From Bacteroidia bacterium (GTDB taxonomy: Bacteria; Bacteroidota; Bacteroidia; Flavobacteriales_D; Crocinitomicaceae), in NCBI GenBank assembly GCA_030427935.1, contig JAUICI010000010.1, positions 1 to 51,608 on the forward strand: DNA of 51,608 nt, written 5' to 3'. Shown here piece after piece: positions 1-9,990 of the stretch. Position numbers and translations under genes: made by a program. Position 1 is the stretch's first letter, and every line of letters starts with the position of its first letter. Under the pieces are notes generated by a model. The model was not told the DNA's origin and made no database searches. It was given only the letters and a program-made list of their open reading frames with translations.

Positions 1-216
1 AACCCAACCCATGCAAATTTCTCAGTTCGAAACAATTCCTGGTTGCCAACCGAGTTTGTGATGATTAGAGCTGATGGTTCGTTTGTGATGAAAAAGAAAA
101 AGTTAGCCCCACAATCGCAAATTAATATTCAAAAAGACCTGGAAAAAGGAGTTTATTTTATACGGTTTTTCCGAGATGACAACTATCTAACAGTTAAAAA
201 AGTCATCATTATCTAG
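1..216 (+). CDS. 3' end of a secreted protein carrying a T9SS (Por) C-terminal sorting domain; partial, starts upstream of window
   Basis: Frame 1 translation ...KGVYFIRFFRDDNYLTVKKVIII* matches the typical Por_Secre_tail ending. Stop TAG at 214-216. Confidence 0.55.
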   Translation, partial: NPTHANFSVRNNSWLPTEFVMIRADGSFVMKKKKLAPQSQINIQKDLEKGVYFIRFFRDDNYLTVKKVIII

Positions 217-221
217 GTTAG

Positions 222-259
222 AAGAGCCTCTTGCAATAAGGGGCTCTTTTATTTTTATT
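222..259 (+). terminator. Rho-independent terminator hairpin
   Basis: AAGAGCCTCTT-gcaat-AAGGGGCTCTT, 10 of 11 bp stem, followed by TTATTTTTATT. Confidence 0.5.
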
Positions 260-280
260 GGTTTCCTTAGAAAAAGGATT

Positions 281-1045
281 TTAAGCCTTCTGCAGATGGG
301 CCTGAGGAACAATATTCTTCATTTTTGCAAATGCTAAACTCAAGCCACCTTCTCTGATATCATCCAGTTTCCATTCCCCATTCTCATATTCGAAAATCCA
401 AATACGTTCTTCATCTGCATATCCTTTTCGACCTTGAACGACTTTACCTGTGCTTCTTTCAACCAGATAATCTTCCATGTTTGCTGTTATGGAATAGGCA
501 ATTTGAGCACCTTCCAAGCTGCTATCACTCGGAATATTGATAAATAGGGGTTTAATATTACCAATGGACTTCACCTTACAAATATTCTTCAGCCCATTTC
601 TTTCCCATTCTTCCAGATACACCATTTGCTGGTTTTGCCAATACCAATTCGTCACATAATTGGAAACCTCATCCATTTTCTCGTGCATCCAGGCATGGTG
701 CACTCGGATAAAGATATTTCGAACGAACTTGTCCAATTTTAGATAGTCAAAGTCTTTGTTCTTGATACTCAACTTATTCAGGATTCTTTTATTCTTTTTC
801 ACCTCAATACTTTCCCGCCAACGGATATAAATAATTAAGGGAAATAAGATGATGAAAAGTAAAATGGCTAGGAGTTTTCCATACCAAGTTTTAAAGATTC
901 CTTTCGCGATAAAACCGCCAGGACCGGCCAATGCAAAATCCGGAATTGTAAATACAATCAGCAATAAAGCAATGAGGAGAATGTAGTTAGATTTTACTTT
1001 CATAATAGGTTGTAGTTTTGTCCCGAAGATACAAAAGGCCGACAA
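281..1045 (-). CDS. Tim44-like domain membrane protein
   Basis: 254 aa with N-terminal TM helices and a C-terminal NTF2-like region resembling bacterial Tim44-domain proteins. Confidence 0.45.
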   Translation of the reverse strand: MSAFCIFGTKLQPIMKVKSNYILLIALLLIVFTIPDFALAGPGGFIAKGIFKTWYGKLLAILLFIILFPLIIYIRWRESIEVKKNKRILNKLSIKNKDFDYLKLDKFVRNIFIRVHHAWMHEKMDEVSNYVTNWYWQNQQMVYLEEWERNGLKNICKVKSIGNIKPLFINIPSDSSLEGAQIAYSITANMEDYLVERSTGKVVQGRKGYADEERIWIFEYENGEWKLDDIREGGLSLAFAKMKNIVPQAHLQKA

Positions 1046-1090
1046 AAAACACTATATTTTGGCTTGATTTAAAACCCAAGATAAGAAAGA

Positions 1091-1585
1091 ATGAAACATT
1101 TAATTTTAATCCTATTTGTTTGTACAGGAAGTTTATTCGGACAAGAAAGCTTTCAAATTGACATCAAATTTGGGAATTACCACAATGATCATGAAGAGAA
1201 AAAATTTTATGTGAAAGAGCGTAATTGGAGTCTAGCGGATAAGATCCTCATCTATAAAATTCAAGAAATCGATGTGGTGTATTCGGATACGATAGAACTT
1301 AAACCAGAAGAAAATGATTCTATTTATCGATTCATACTTGAAAAGGAACTAAATACCAATCTAGAAAAAACCGAGAAGTCCAAATTCCTGGATAAATACG
1401 GCCGAACTTCCCTAATTCAAAGCAAAGTCATTTTAAAAGAGGAGGAGTTTAATATTTGGCTTCGAGGTGAAGGAGCGGTTTCCTTGGATCGCACTTTAAA
1501 AGGAAGTAGACTCAAACTTTTAGAGGATTATTTTTATGCCATTGTAGACGACCGAAATCCGAAGAAGAAGAAGAAATCAAAATGA
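1091..1585 (+). CDS. Hypothetical secreted protein
   Basis: 164 aa, N-terminal signal-like hydrophobic segment, Lys-rich C-terminus. Confidence 0.4.
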   Translation: MKHLILILFVCTGSLFGQESFQIDIKFGNYHNDHEEKKFYVKERNWSLADKILIYKIQEIDVVYSDTIELKPEENDSIYRFILEKELNTNLEKTEKSKFLDKYGRTSLIQSKVILKEEEFNIWLRGEGAVSLDRTLKGSRLKLLEDYFYAIVDDRNPKKKKKSK

Positions 1586-1612
1586 TTTTAAAACTCTATA
1601 TTTGAGGCTTGT

Positions 1613-4600
1613 ATGAAAGTCTTATTAGTTTTAACGCTATTCTTTTTTTCACTATCTATTTCCTTTGGGCAACTTAAGGAAAAGTATAGGTTCAATCAAA
1701 TTGAGCTCTCAAAGGTAGGCGTTGAAACTGCTCAGAAATCTCACTGGGATGAGCAAGGCTTGGTCTGGTTCCAAACCAATAATGGTCTTGTTCGGTTTGA
1801 CGGATATAGAACACTTAAAATAGAGAATGTTTTTAAGGAGCAAATTTTACCTGAATTCGAGATTAGTAAAATACACTCTATTTCTCCTAATGAATTTTGG
1901 ATTTCTTATGTGAACCAAAAAATAATCACTCGAATTCACACAAGTTCTTTGGAGTTTCAACATTTTGAACTAGATGAATTAGAAAAGGATTCATCAAATT
2001 GCTACCATATAACAAGAATTAAAAGAGATTCAAAAAATCGGCTATGGCTATTGATTTATGAGTATGGTTTGTTGCTTTTAAATGAAGAAAATTCAAAAAC
2101 GAAATCGTATAATTTCCCGGACACCAGTTTTACCGATTCGTCTTTTTACATCACTGATTTTGCTGAACTTAAAGACGGACGATTTTTGGTTACGAGTTTT
2201 TTACAGCGCGCAGGTGCAAGAGCGCACCCCGTCTATTTCGATCCGCAATCTTGGTCACATGAACCCTTCGGAATTCCTGAATATTTAGATAAAACGGATA
2301 ATTCCAATCTAAAACACGTGATTCAACAACATATGCGGATCATCAATTTTGTTCATGTTGATCAAAATGATAAATATTGGTTCGGTACCTATTCAGGGTT
2401 GTTGTATTGTGATCCACTTAAAATGGAAATTCGACGCATTTCGGGAAATGGTGTTGAAACCTCTGAAAATTTAGAAAATGCAAAGACTCATTTAGCTCTT
2501 GGACCTCAATTGGGTGTTGGAACCACGAATCAAGGCGTTATGTTAGTGAACACAAATACGTTTCGCATTCAATATATTCAAAATGATCCTTTTGATCCTT
2601 ATTCTTTAAGGGATAATAGAATTATTGATTTAAGCATTGACCCTCTTGGTAATATCTGGATGTTAAACAAAGGAACAGCAATCAGTACACATTCTTGGAT
2701 TCATCAGCAATTTAAAATCCATCCTTGGAATTCGATAGATTTAGATTACAATAATCGATCACTTCAAACCATACCTGTAAATAAGATATTAGTGCGTGAA
2801 TCTGGAAGTGTTTTGATCAGTAATGGAAATGGATTAGTTGAATATTTTCCAAAGAAAAGAAGTTTTAAAAATCTGAATGCACATATTCAAAAGACTGGGA
2901 GAATGCCAAAGAACATTCCGGTTTCTCGAGAATGGGGAGACTCCATAATTTGTGTTAATGGTGACCATATTTACTTTTTCGAACCAAAAACAGGAAAGAA
3001 GAGTTTGTTAACATCTGAAGAAAGTAGTCATTTTTCTTCTTTGCTCTTTTGGCATCTAAAACATAAAGATCAACTAATCGCATTTAAACAGAACAAAAAA
3101 TCTGGGCTTCATATTGTCCAATACAACTTCACGACCAATCGCTTTGAGACCTTAGTTAACCACAAGTATGAAAAATATGGATTTAATCCAACCACTCAGT
3201 TTAGTTGGATTCTTCCATCAAAAAATTGGTTGGTTTCTATTTTTTCAGGAAAATTCGCCATCATTAACCATGAAAATTATAAGGTAAAACTGTTTTCACC
3301 TAAAGAAGGAGATTATTTCTTTCCCGATTCATCTGTAAACTGTGCTTACGTCAATGATCAGAATGTTTGGATTGGATCTGGAACTGGACTTTATTTATTC
3401 AATGAAGAAAATGAAGAGTTTAAATCCTATTCAGATTCAATTCAACTTGGAGACTCAGAAGGTGTCTATGCCATAATCCAAGATGAGTCGAAAAATTATT
3501 GGATTGCCTTAAAAGACCAACTGGTAAGATGGAATCGCAAAACAGGAGAAGTGGATAGATTCAACAAAGATTTTGGGTTAAATATTGGAGAGTTTTTACC
3601 TGCAATAGCCCAAAGCGATTCTTCCGGCTTTTTATATTTTGCAACAAGAAATGGAATTTTGTGCTTTCATCCTAAAAGAATCAGAATTCCGAAGAAAAAA
3701 CCCCAAATTTTTATTGCAGATATAAGGGTAAATGGCGAATTGATTGAGCTTAATGAGAAACTACAACTACCTTATAATGAAAACAATATCGAACTTGATT
3801 TTTACACAAATCAAGTGTATGCTTTAAAACCTCACATATTCTATTATCGGTACAAGGGAGATGATACTTGGACCAATATTGGTACGTCAAATAAAATAAA
3901 GCTTAGAGACCTAAAGGAGGGTCATTATACGATAGAGGTCAAAGTTATAAATGGATATGGCAAGGAAAGTGAAATATTTGAATTCAAATTTGAAATCTTT
4001 CCTCCCTTCTGGAAAACTTGGTGGTTTATTTCTATGCTGATCGTTCTAATTGGGTTGTTGATTTTTGCTTGGATTAAATACCGCGAACGTTCGCTCCGCA
4101 AAAAGAGTGAAGTTTTAGAAAGGACTGTCGAAGAACGAACCAAAGAAGTGGTCGAACAAAAGGACATCGTAGAAGAAAAAAATAAGGAGATTCTAGATTC
4201 AATTAATTACGCTAAGAGGATTCAAAATGCAATTCTCCCTCCAGAGCCTTTAATCAAAGAACATTTGCCAAATTCTTTCGTGCTTTATAAACCTAAAGAC
4301 ATTGTTGCTGGGGATTTTTATTGGTTAGAGGTAGTAACGAGTGCCGAGAATCAAGTAACGAGTGAAGACCTCGTTCCTCGTTCCTCAAGTCCCTCAACTG
4401 TTTTAATAGCTGCAGCTGATTGTACAGGTCATGGAGTTCCGGGAGCGATGGTTTCTGTAATTTGCAATAATGGTTTGAATAGGTCCGTAAGAGAGTATGG
4501 TTTAAATGATCCGGGTCAGATTCTTAATAAAACTAGAGAGTTAGTTGTAGAAGAATTTCAAAAATCAACGGAAGAGGTCAAAGATGGGATGGACATTGCG

Positions 4601-5023
4601 CTAGTCAGTCTAGAGCAAGTGCAAGAGGAGAGAGATTCAGTTGCACTAAACTCTTGCTCAAAACTCAAATACGCGGGAGCACACAACCCACTCTGGATTA
4701 TTCGAAAAGGAAGCAATGAAATTGAAGAAGTCAAGGCAGACAAACAGCCCATTGGTCAGTTTGATGATCCGCAACCTTATAAGACACATGAAGTCCAGCT
4801 AAAGCAAGGCGATCAATTCTATATTTTTACGGATGGCTATGCGGATCAATTTGGTGGGGAAAAAGGTAAGAAACTCAAATCCAAAAACTTTAAAAAAGTG
4901 CTTATTTCTCTAAAAGATAAAAGCATGGATAAACAAAAAGAAGAACTCGACGTTTTTATCGAGAATTGGAGGGCAGATAACGAACAATTGGATGATATTT
5001 GTGTAATCGGTATAAGGCTATAA
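1613..5023 (+). CDS. Periplasmic-sensor PP2C/SpoIIE-type serine phosphatase (two-component-regulator propeller + Y_Y_Y + TM + coiled coil + SpoIIE domain)
   Basis: Signal peptide, long beta-propeller-like region, Y_Y_Y-like segment (YYRYKGDDTWTNIG...HYTIEVKV), TM helix FWKTWWFISMLIVLIGLLIFAWI, coiled coil, then SpoIIE motifs (AAADCTGHGVPGAMVS ... FYIFTDGYADQFGGEKG). Confidence 0.8.
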   Translation: MKVLLVLTLFFFSLSISFGQLKEKYRFNQIELSKVGVETAQKSHWDEQGLVWFQTNNGLVRFDGYRTLKIENVFKEQILPEFEISKIHSISPNEFWISYVNQKIITRIHTSSLEFQHFELDELEKDSSNCYHITRIKRDSKNRLWLLIYEYGLLLLNEENSKTKSYNFPDTSFTDSSFYITDFAELKDGRFLVTSFLQRAGARAHPVYFDPQSWSHEPFGIPEYLDKTDNSNLKHVIQQHMRIINFVHVDQNDKYWFGTYSGLLYCDPLKMEIRRISGNGVETSENLENAKTHLALGPQLGVGTTNQGVMLVNTNTFRIQYIQNDPFDPYSLRDNRIIDLSIDPLGNIWMLNKGTAISTHSWIHQQFKIHPWNSIDLDYNNRSLQTIPVNKILVRESGSVLISNGNGLVEYFPKKRSFKNLNAHIQKTGRMPKNIPVSREWGDSIICVNGDHIYFFEPKTGKKSLLTSEESSHFSSLLFWHLKHKDQLIAFKQNKKSGLHIVQYNFTTNRFETLVNHKYEKYGFNPTTQFSWILPSKNWLVSIFSGKFAIINHENYKVKLFSPKEGDYFFPDSSVNCAYVNDQNVWIGSGTGLYLFNEENEEFKSYSDSIQLGDSEGVYAIIQDESKNYWIALKDQLVRWNRKTGEVDRFNKDFGLNIGEFLPAIAQSDSSGFLYFATRNGILCFHPKRIRIPKKKPQIFIADIRVNGELIELNEKLQLPYNENNIELDFYTNQVYALKPHIFYYRYKGDDTWTNIGTSNKIKLRDLKEGHYTIEVKVINGYGKESEIFEFKFEIFPPFWKTWWFISMLIVLIGLLIFAWIKYRERSLRKKSEVLERTVEERTKEVVEQKDIVEEKNKEILDSINYAKRIQNAILPPEPLIKEHLPNSFVLYKPKDIVAGDFYWLEVVTSAENQVTSEDLVPRSSSPSTVLIAAADCTGHGVPGAMVSVICNNGLNRSVREYGLNDPGQILNKTRELVVEEFQKSTEEVKDGMDIALVSLEQVQEERDSVALNSCSKLKYAGAHNPLWIIRKGSNEIEEVKADKQPIGQFDDPQPYKTHEVQLKQGDQFYIFTDGYADQFGGEKGKKLKSKNFKKVLISLKDKSMDKQKEELDVFIENWRADNEQLDDICVIGIRL

Positions 5024-5073
5024 CAGCTGATAATCAAATTGTTTTAGTTTAATATAGTAAGATAAAATATAGA

Positions 5074-5550
5074 ATGAACCCTTTCGCAAAGCAAACAGCC
5101 AAACATTTTCACGACATCCATTTTGGGGGTAATTGGACAGTCTCCAATGTGAAGGAGCAGCTTGGTGATGTTTCAATTGACATGGCCCTAAAGGAAGTTA
5201 ACGGGTTCAACACCATCGCTACACTCACCTTCCACATGAATTATTTTGTGAATGTCGCCCTAAATTTTTTCAAAACTGGAAAAGTCGTTGGAGATGATAA
5301 ATTGAGTTTTGATCACCCTCCAATCCATTCTGAAAAAGATTGGAAAATGATGGTTTCCCATTATTTGATTCAGGCTGAAGAACTCACAGAAATCATCAAA
5401 AATTTGCCCGATGAAAAACTTCTAGAACCATTTGGTGAGGAAAAATATGGCAATCATTTCCGAAATTTGCATGGAATTATTGAGCATACACACTATCATT
5501 TGGGACAGATTAGTTTAATTAAAAAATTGATTCAAAATAAAGTACTTTAG
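5074..5550 (+). CDS. DinB/YfiT-like (DinB_2 superfamily) protein
   Basis: 158 aa, His-rich four-helix-bundle-like pattern (HTHYHLGQISLI). Confidence 0.5.
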   Translation: MNPFAKQTAKHFHDIHFGGNWTVSNVKEQLGDVSIDMALKEVNGFNTIATLTFHMNYFVNVALNFFKTGKVVGDDKLSFDHPPIHSEKDWKMMVSHYLIQAEELTEIIKNLPDEKLLEPFGEEKYGNHFRNLHGIIEHTHYHLGQISLIKKLIQNKVL

Positions 5551-5555
5551 AATAC

Positions 5556-6167
5556 ATGAAAGAATTTTGGGACAAACGATACGCTGAAAAAGATTGGGCT
5601 TACGGTAAGGAACCTAATGAGTTTCTGAAAAGTAGCATTCAAGAATTTGAGCCGGGAAAAGCGCTTTTTCCAGCTGAAGGTGAAGGTCGAAACGCTGTAT
5701 ATGCAGGTAGTTTAGGATGGGATGTTTCTGCCTTCGACATGAGCGTAAGTGGCCGTAAAAAAGCACTTCAACTTGCAAATGAAAAAACTGTAAGAATTGA
5801 TTATCAAGTCGGTGATTTAATGAGCATGGTATATCCCGAAAACTATTTTGATCTGCTGGTTTTGATATTTGTCCATTTTCCTCCCCAATTGCGCAGTGGT
5901 TATCACAAAAATTTGCTTCAGTTTGTTAAACCAGGAGGAAAAGTAATCTTGGAAGGATTCAGCAAAAAACATTTGGAATTTAGTTCGAAAAACCCAAAAG
6001 CTGGTGGTCCACCAAATATTGACATGCTCTTCTCCATTGAGGAAATCAAAGAAGATTTTAGTGATTTGAATATTGAATTACTGGAAGAGAATGAGGTCGA
6101 GATGAACGAAGGACTTTATCATGTAGGGAAAAGCTCCGTTATTCGTCTAATTGGTACAAAAAACTAG
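5556..6167 (+). CDS. Class I SAM-dependent methyltransferase (TehB/TPMT-like)
   Basis: 203 aa, glycine-rich SAM-binding region ALFPAEGEGRNAVYAGSLGWDVSAFDMS. Confidence 0.6.
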   Translation: MKEFWDKRYAEKDWAYGKEPNEFLKSSIQEFEPGKALFPAEGEGRNAVYAGSLGWDVSAFDMSVSGRKKALQLANEKTVRIDYQVGDLMSMVYPENYFDLLVLIFVHFPPQLRSGYHKNLLQFVKPGGKVILEGFSKKHLEFSSKNPKAGGPPNIDMLFSIEEIKEDFSDLNIELLEENEVEMNEGLYHVGKSSVIRLIGTKN

Positions 6168-6172
6168 CACTT

Positions 6173-6553
6173 ATGAAATCGATATTGGGCATCTTTTTAT
6201 CAATGGTTTGGATCTCTATCATGGAGTTTAGCCGAAACGAAACTTTTCTCAAGCACTATTGGACCAATCATTACGGCGATATGGGATTAACTTTCCCATC
6301 TGAACCGATAAATGGTGCTATTTGGGGAATTTGGGCTTTGTGTTTCTCGATTGGATTGTTCTATTTATCCAAAAAATTCAATTTTCTAGAAACTTGCTTA
6401 TTGGGCTGGTTATTTGGATTTGTGCTCATGTGGTTGGTAACAGGAAATATGGGAGTATTACCTTATGAGCTACTCCTTTTTGCAGTTCCTTTAAGTATGA
6501 TCGAAGTGATTGGAGCCGTTTGGATCATCCGAAAACTAAATCCAAAAACTTAG
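6173..6553 (+). CDS. Small integral membrane protein, hypothetical
   Basis: 126 aa, 3-4 predicted TM helices. Confidence 0.4.
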   Translation: MKSILGIFLSMVWISIMEFSRNETFLKHYWTNHYGDMGLTFPSEPINGAIWGIWALCFSIGLFYLSKKFNFLETCLLGWLFGFVLMWLVTGNMGVLPYELLLFAVPLSMIEVIGAVWIIRKLNPKT

Positions 6554-8715
6554 ATCTTCACAAATTTTCTCTGCTCTACAAATCCGTCTCGTAGAATTCG
6601 GATAATATAGGTTCCTTCCGAAAAGTCACTCAAATTGATCTGTTGCACGTCCTTTTGAAGGTTTTGAACCTGACGCCCGTTCAAATCATAGATTTCGATT
6701 TTTTCAATTTCGCCTTCCAGTCCTGAAATAAACAATAGATCACGAGCTGGATTTGGATAGATTTTCCAAACGGGGTCAATTTGATAATCTTCTAATCCCG
6801 TTGTTCCAATAGCTAATTGCACGGCCGCATACGCATTCACTTTCCCCCATCCCCATTGCGGATGATGCGGTGGAATTGGACCTGTTTCACTATCGGTTCT
6901 TGCCGACTGCATGATAATATCTCGAACTTGTTCACCCGACAAATAAGGATTCGCGTGAAGTACCAAAGCTACTACACCTGCAGCTGCTGGGCCTGCCATG
7001 GAAGTTCCACTAAAGCTTGCAAAATGATAATCAGTTCCCTGAAAATTAACGGTGTCGGTAAACGTATGAGTTTCCGTAGTAAAAGAAGAAACAGATGAAA
7101 TGATGGCCGATCCCGGGGCAGACACATCCGGTTTTAGTGTTCCATCAATCAAAGGCCCAATGCTTGAAAACCCAGAAACTTGTCCTCCATATTCATTCCC
7201 GTTCCAACCAATGAATTCAGGCTGATAAGATCCAATGGCTAAAGACAAGCTAGCGCAAGCAGGCTGACCCAAAGAATATTCGCTATCACCTGCAACTGAA
7301 GGTGCTCCAATGCTTGAAAATGGAATCCCCCAATTTCCTCCGCCATGGCTAAATGAAATCAAATTAAAAAAGTGAACCGTATCATCTACAGAAGTCGATC
7401 TTAATCCCACTTTATAACCTGAAGGAAACTCCAAAACTTGTAAATGCATATAAGAGTAAGCATTGCTTGGATAAGCAGCATCTGCACTTAAATTGAAGAA
7501 AATCGTATCGGTTCCTGATGCTACGATGAAAGAATCCAAAAAGGCTTGAGCATTATCCGAATTATACCAGGGCGAAACACTAAGCACATTATTCAATGGA
7601 TCCGTCACCATGATTTGGGCAGAAAAGGATTTATTTGGTCTTCCCCACATGTGTATGTCCTGACCTTCATCTACGGCCATTCCGGAATTATAAAATTCAA
7701 TTCTCGTTTTAATCGTGTCATTTGCAAAGGCTTTTCGAATATGAAAATTCGCATCTCCATTGTTTCCTGCTGATGTAACCAAAATCACATCATTTTGAAC
7801 AAAACCATCAATCGCCTGACTCAACAAATCACTTCCATCTAAAGCTCCCAATTGATAAACACCCCAGCTATTATTGATGACCAATCTTTTTCCTTCTCCA
7901 AGGGCATAGTGATACATCCAGTCCCATCCATCGATGGCAAAACTTTCATCAATAATCAAAGTCGAAAACAAAAACTCCGCTTCAAAGGCCATTCCTCTAT
8001 GCTCCGTTCCTGCACCACTACCTCCCGCGATTCCGGCAACATGAGTTCCGTGAGTGGCATAATCGTACATTCCTGAGGTGTCTGAACCTAATAATTGCAG
8101 GTCAGTTACCCCGATGGTCTCCGTCCCATATCCATAAGATGCCGGAGCTGGGCCAGAAGTTTTGTATTGATCCCAACAAGCTAAAATTCTGCAATTGGTT
8201 AAGGTCGTATCGTAAAACATGGGATGCGTGAAATCAAAACCCCAATCCTGAACGCCAATGATTACATTTTGACCCGTATAAGCTTGCGGCAAATTGATTC
8301 CCGCCCATACGCTGTCGGCTCTGGTGGCATATTTTACTTTATCAAGCAAAGGCTTAATCATACCCGCCATTTTCACGTATTCCAAGGAAGATTCATTTAA
8401 AACCTGATCCAAGGTATTCAATGGATAACGTATCGTTGCAATATCATTGATTACCGTTCCGATATTAATACCTCTATCTTCAAAATCTTGTTTGGAAAAA
8501 GTCGGCTTTACTTTAGCTAAAAAGGAAACATATTCCTGACCCTTCAAATTGTGAACCGGATATTTGTCTCGCAAACTTTGGCTGACTTCACCATTGTTCT
8601 CCTTCAAATATTTCTTGATCAGTTGAATTTTTCCATAAGTGAGTGAGCTGTACTTTTGTGCTGATACATAGGAAAATATAGAAAATAGTAAGACGAATGC
8701 GAGTAGTCTTTTCAT
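6550..8715 (-). CDS. Secreted S8 subtilisin-family serine peptidase with T9SS C-terminal sorting domain
   Basis: Catalytic motifs HGTHVAGIAGG and GTSMAGP; C-terminal Por-tail (VWKIYPNPARD...IEIYDLNGRQV...ILRDGFVEQRKFVKI). Start trimmed to the internal Met (MKRLLAFVLLFSIFSYVSAQ, a signal peptide) at 8715. The longer ORF reaching 8820 overlaps the next gene. Confidence 0.85.
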   Translation of the reverse strand: MKRLLAFVLLFSIFSYVSAQKYSSLTYGKIQLIKKYLKENNGEVSQSLRDKYPVHNLKGQEYVSFLAKVKPTFSKQDFEDRGINIGTVINDIATIRYPLNTLDQVLNESSLEYVKMAGMIKPLLDKVKYATRADSVWAGINLPQAYTGQNVIIGVQDWGFDFTHPMFYDTTLTNCRILACWDQYKTSGPAPASYGYGTETIGVTDLQLLGSDTSGMYDYATHGTHVAGIAGGSGAGTEHRGMAFEAEFLFSTLIIDESFAIDGWDWMYHYALGEGKRLVINNSWGVYQLGALDGSDLLSQAIDGFVQNDVILVTSAGNNGDANFHIRKAFANDTIKTRIEFYNSGMAVDEGQDIHMWGRPNKSFSAQIMVTDPLNNVLSVSPWYNSDNAQAFLDSFIVASGTDTIFFNLSADAAYPSNAYSYMHLQVLEFPSGYKVGLRSTSVDDTVHFFNLISFSHGGGNWGIPFSSIGAPSVAGDSEYSLGQPACASLSLAIGSYQPEFIGWNGNEYGGQVSGFSSIGPLIDGTLKPDVSAPGSAIISSVSSFTTETHTFTDTVNFQGTDYHFASFSGTSMAGPAAAGVVALVLHANPYLSGEQVRDIIMQSARTDSETGPIPPHHPQWGWGKVNAYAAVQLAIGTTGLEDYQIDPVWKIYPNPARDLLFISGLEGEIEKIEIYDLNGRQVQNLQKDVQQINLSDFSEGTYIIRILRDGFVEQRKFVKI

Positions 8716-8785
8716 AATAGCCTGTTTTGATTCTTCCTCAAATGTACTGAAATTCAATATATTTACTAAAAACATGCATCTACCT

Positions 8786-9301
8786 ATGAGAAATTCTCTT
8801 TTTATTATCGGCTTTTTCATTTTTGCCTTTGAAGGATTTACTCAGGATACTTTGATTCTTTCTGGTAGGCCTGACTACTCTTTTTTTGGGGCGACAACGC
8901 ATCGATCCGATTCATTAACGAGAGCTCGATTTAATGCTTCTATTGAGCACTTTGAACCTTACCGGGACTCCATGATTGAATTCTTTAAAGCAAAAACTGA
9001 AGGAAAGGAAAAAAAAGCGGAAAAAATTCGAATTGAAAAGCTGGATAATGAAAAAGAATTTGGCTTATCGATGATGTTTTTATTGATGCGAATGAAAGAA
9101 CTTGATATTATCTATCAACCCATGTTTCAAGTGCAGACATCAGGTGGTCAAGACACCAATGTTTTAGTCTCTTGTACGGTAAAGCAAATGGAAGAAATCG
9201 GAAATGTAGAAGGTGAGCTGGAATTTAAATGTGTTTACCTAGGAGAACTTCTAATGGATGGTGCAGTTATTTACAAACTCATTCATTATCAATCTAAATA
9301 A
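8786..9301 (+). CDS. Hypothetical secreted protein
   Basis: About 171 aa, N-terminal signal peptide MRNSLFIIGFFIFAFEGFTQ, no recognisable domain. Confidence 0.35.
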   Translation: MRNSLFIIGFFIFAFEGFTQDTLILSGRPDYSFFGATTHRSDSLTRARFNASIEHFEPYRDSMIEFFKAKTEGKEKKAEKIRIEKLDNEKEFGLSMMFLLMRMKELDIIYQPMFQVQTSGGQDTNVLVSCTVKQMEEIGNVEGELEFKCVYLGELLMDGAVIYKLIHYQSK

Positions 9302-9920
9302 ATTTCCCTAAAGCAGCGGGTCTGTAGAGTAGCCAACCCGTTAGACTATAACGACTTTTAATTGCCTTTTTAACCGCATGAGGCACCCCAGCAGACTGAA
9401 AAAGGACACATCTTTTCTTATGTGGTTCAACCAAAACAGTTGATTCATCTTCCAAAAAAACCTCCAATTCCCCTCCATCTCCTTTTTGCCATCCTTCATT
9501 CAGATAGATAACCATGGAAATCATGCGGTTATCCCGATTGGAAAACTGGTCCAAATGTTTGTCGTAATGTCCGCCTGGAGGATAATGAGCTAAATGGAAT
9601 TCATAACCAGAAAGAGATAGAAAACAATTTCGATTCAATACATCAATTGTTTCATTTACCAAATCCCACCAATCTTGAAGCGCTAAATCTCTTTTTGAAT
9701 CGAGCCAGTAAGTCTGATCACCTCGAATATTTTGTTTGATTATATTTTGATCTAAAGCTCCAATTCCAGCTTGTTCAAAATCATCAATTTTATTTAAAAA
9801 GAATTGCCTTATGTTCTGATAGAGATCATCAGTTAGAAAATCATCGATTACAACGAATCGCTTGTCGGACAGCTCATCAATCCAGTTGAGCCAGTTCCTG
9901 TCGGAATGAAATGTATTCAA
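9294..9920 (-). CDS. 2OG-Fe(II) oxygenase (prolyl 4-hydroxylase-like)
   Basis: HxD...H iron-binding pattern (HYDKHLD ... ISMVIYLNEGWQKGDGGELEVF ... PHAV). Confidence 0.7.
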   Translation of the reverse strand: MNTFHSDRNWLNWIDELSDKRFVVIDDFLTDDLYQNIRQFFLNKIDDFEQAGIGALDQNIIKQNIRGDQTYWLDSKRDLALQDWWDLVNETIDVLNRNCFLSLSGYEFHLAHYPPGGHYDKHLDQFSNRDNRMISMVIYLNEGWQKGDGGELEVFLEDESTVLVEPHKKRCVLFQSAGVPHAVKKAIKSRYSLTGWLLYRPAALGKFI

Positions 9921-9990
9921 TCAGTATATACAAAAAACGATCTCCAATATTAGGAAATAATCAGATTGTTTGTTTCGAATACTGAGAATA

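Noticed and set aside
2082-2288. Small ORFs in the six-frame track nested in or antisense to large genes (for example 2082-2288, 3925-4167, 4558-4752, 4846-5037, 6817-7098, 7546-7773, 7852-8076, 10674-10859, 10934-11140, 11389-11619, 11397-11588, 11926-12138, 12232-12426, 12939-13130, 14009-14206, 14178-14429, 15532-15753, 15693-15887, 15916-16116, 17080-17268, 17603-17800, 19559-19750, 20714-20941, 20772-20957, 22032-22217, 23323-23565, 23596-24036, 23655-23897, 27815-28021, 29427-29618, 30643-30918, 31944-32138, 32150-32380, 32714-32908, 33041-33280, 35170-35400, 35407-35913, 35511-35702, 35733-35930, 36928-37308, 37086-37331, 40836-41087, 41084-41323, 41807-41992, 43066-43287, 43796-44044, 44727-44942, 44731-44946, 45544-45738, 47038-47259, 48536-48772, 48894-49136, 49139-49321, 50601-50837, 50842-51150)
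   Set aside because: Fully overlapped by longer ORFs with clear domain content, with low-complexity or hydrophobic junk translations typical of AT-rich off-frame reading.
8774-8820. Overlap between the long form of the S8 protease ORF (to 8820) and the plus-strand ORF starting 8774
   Set aside because: The protease has an internal Met followed by a canonical signal peptide (MKRLLAFVLLFSIFSYVSAQ). The upstream 35 codons lack signal features. Trimmed protease start to 8715 and plus-strand gene start to 8786.
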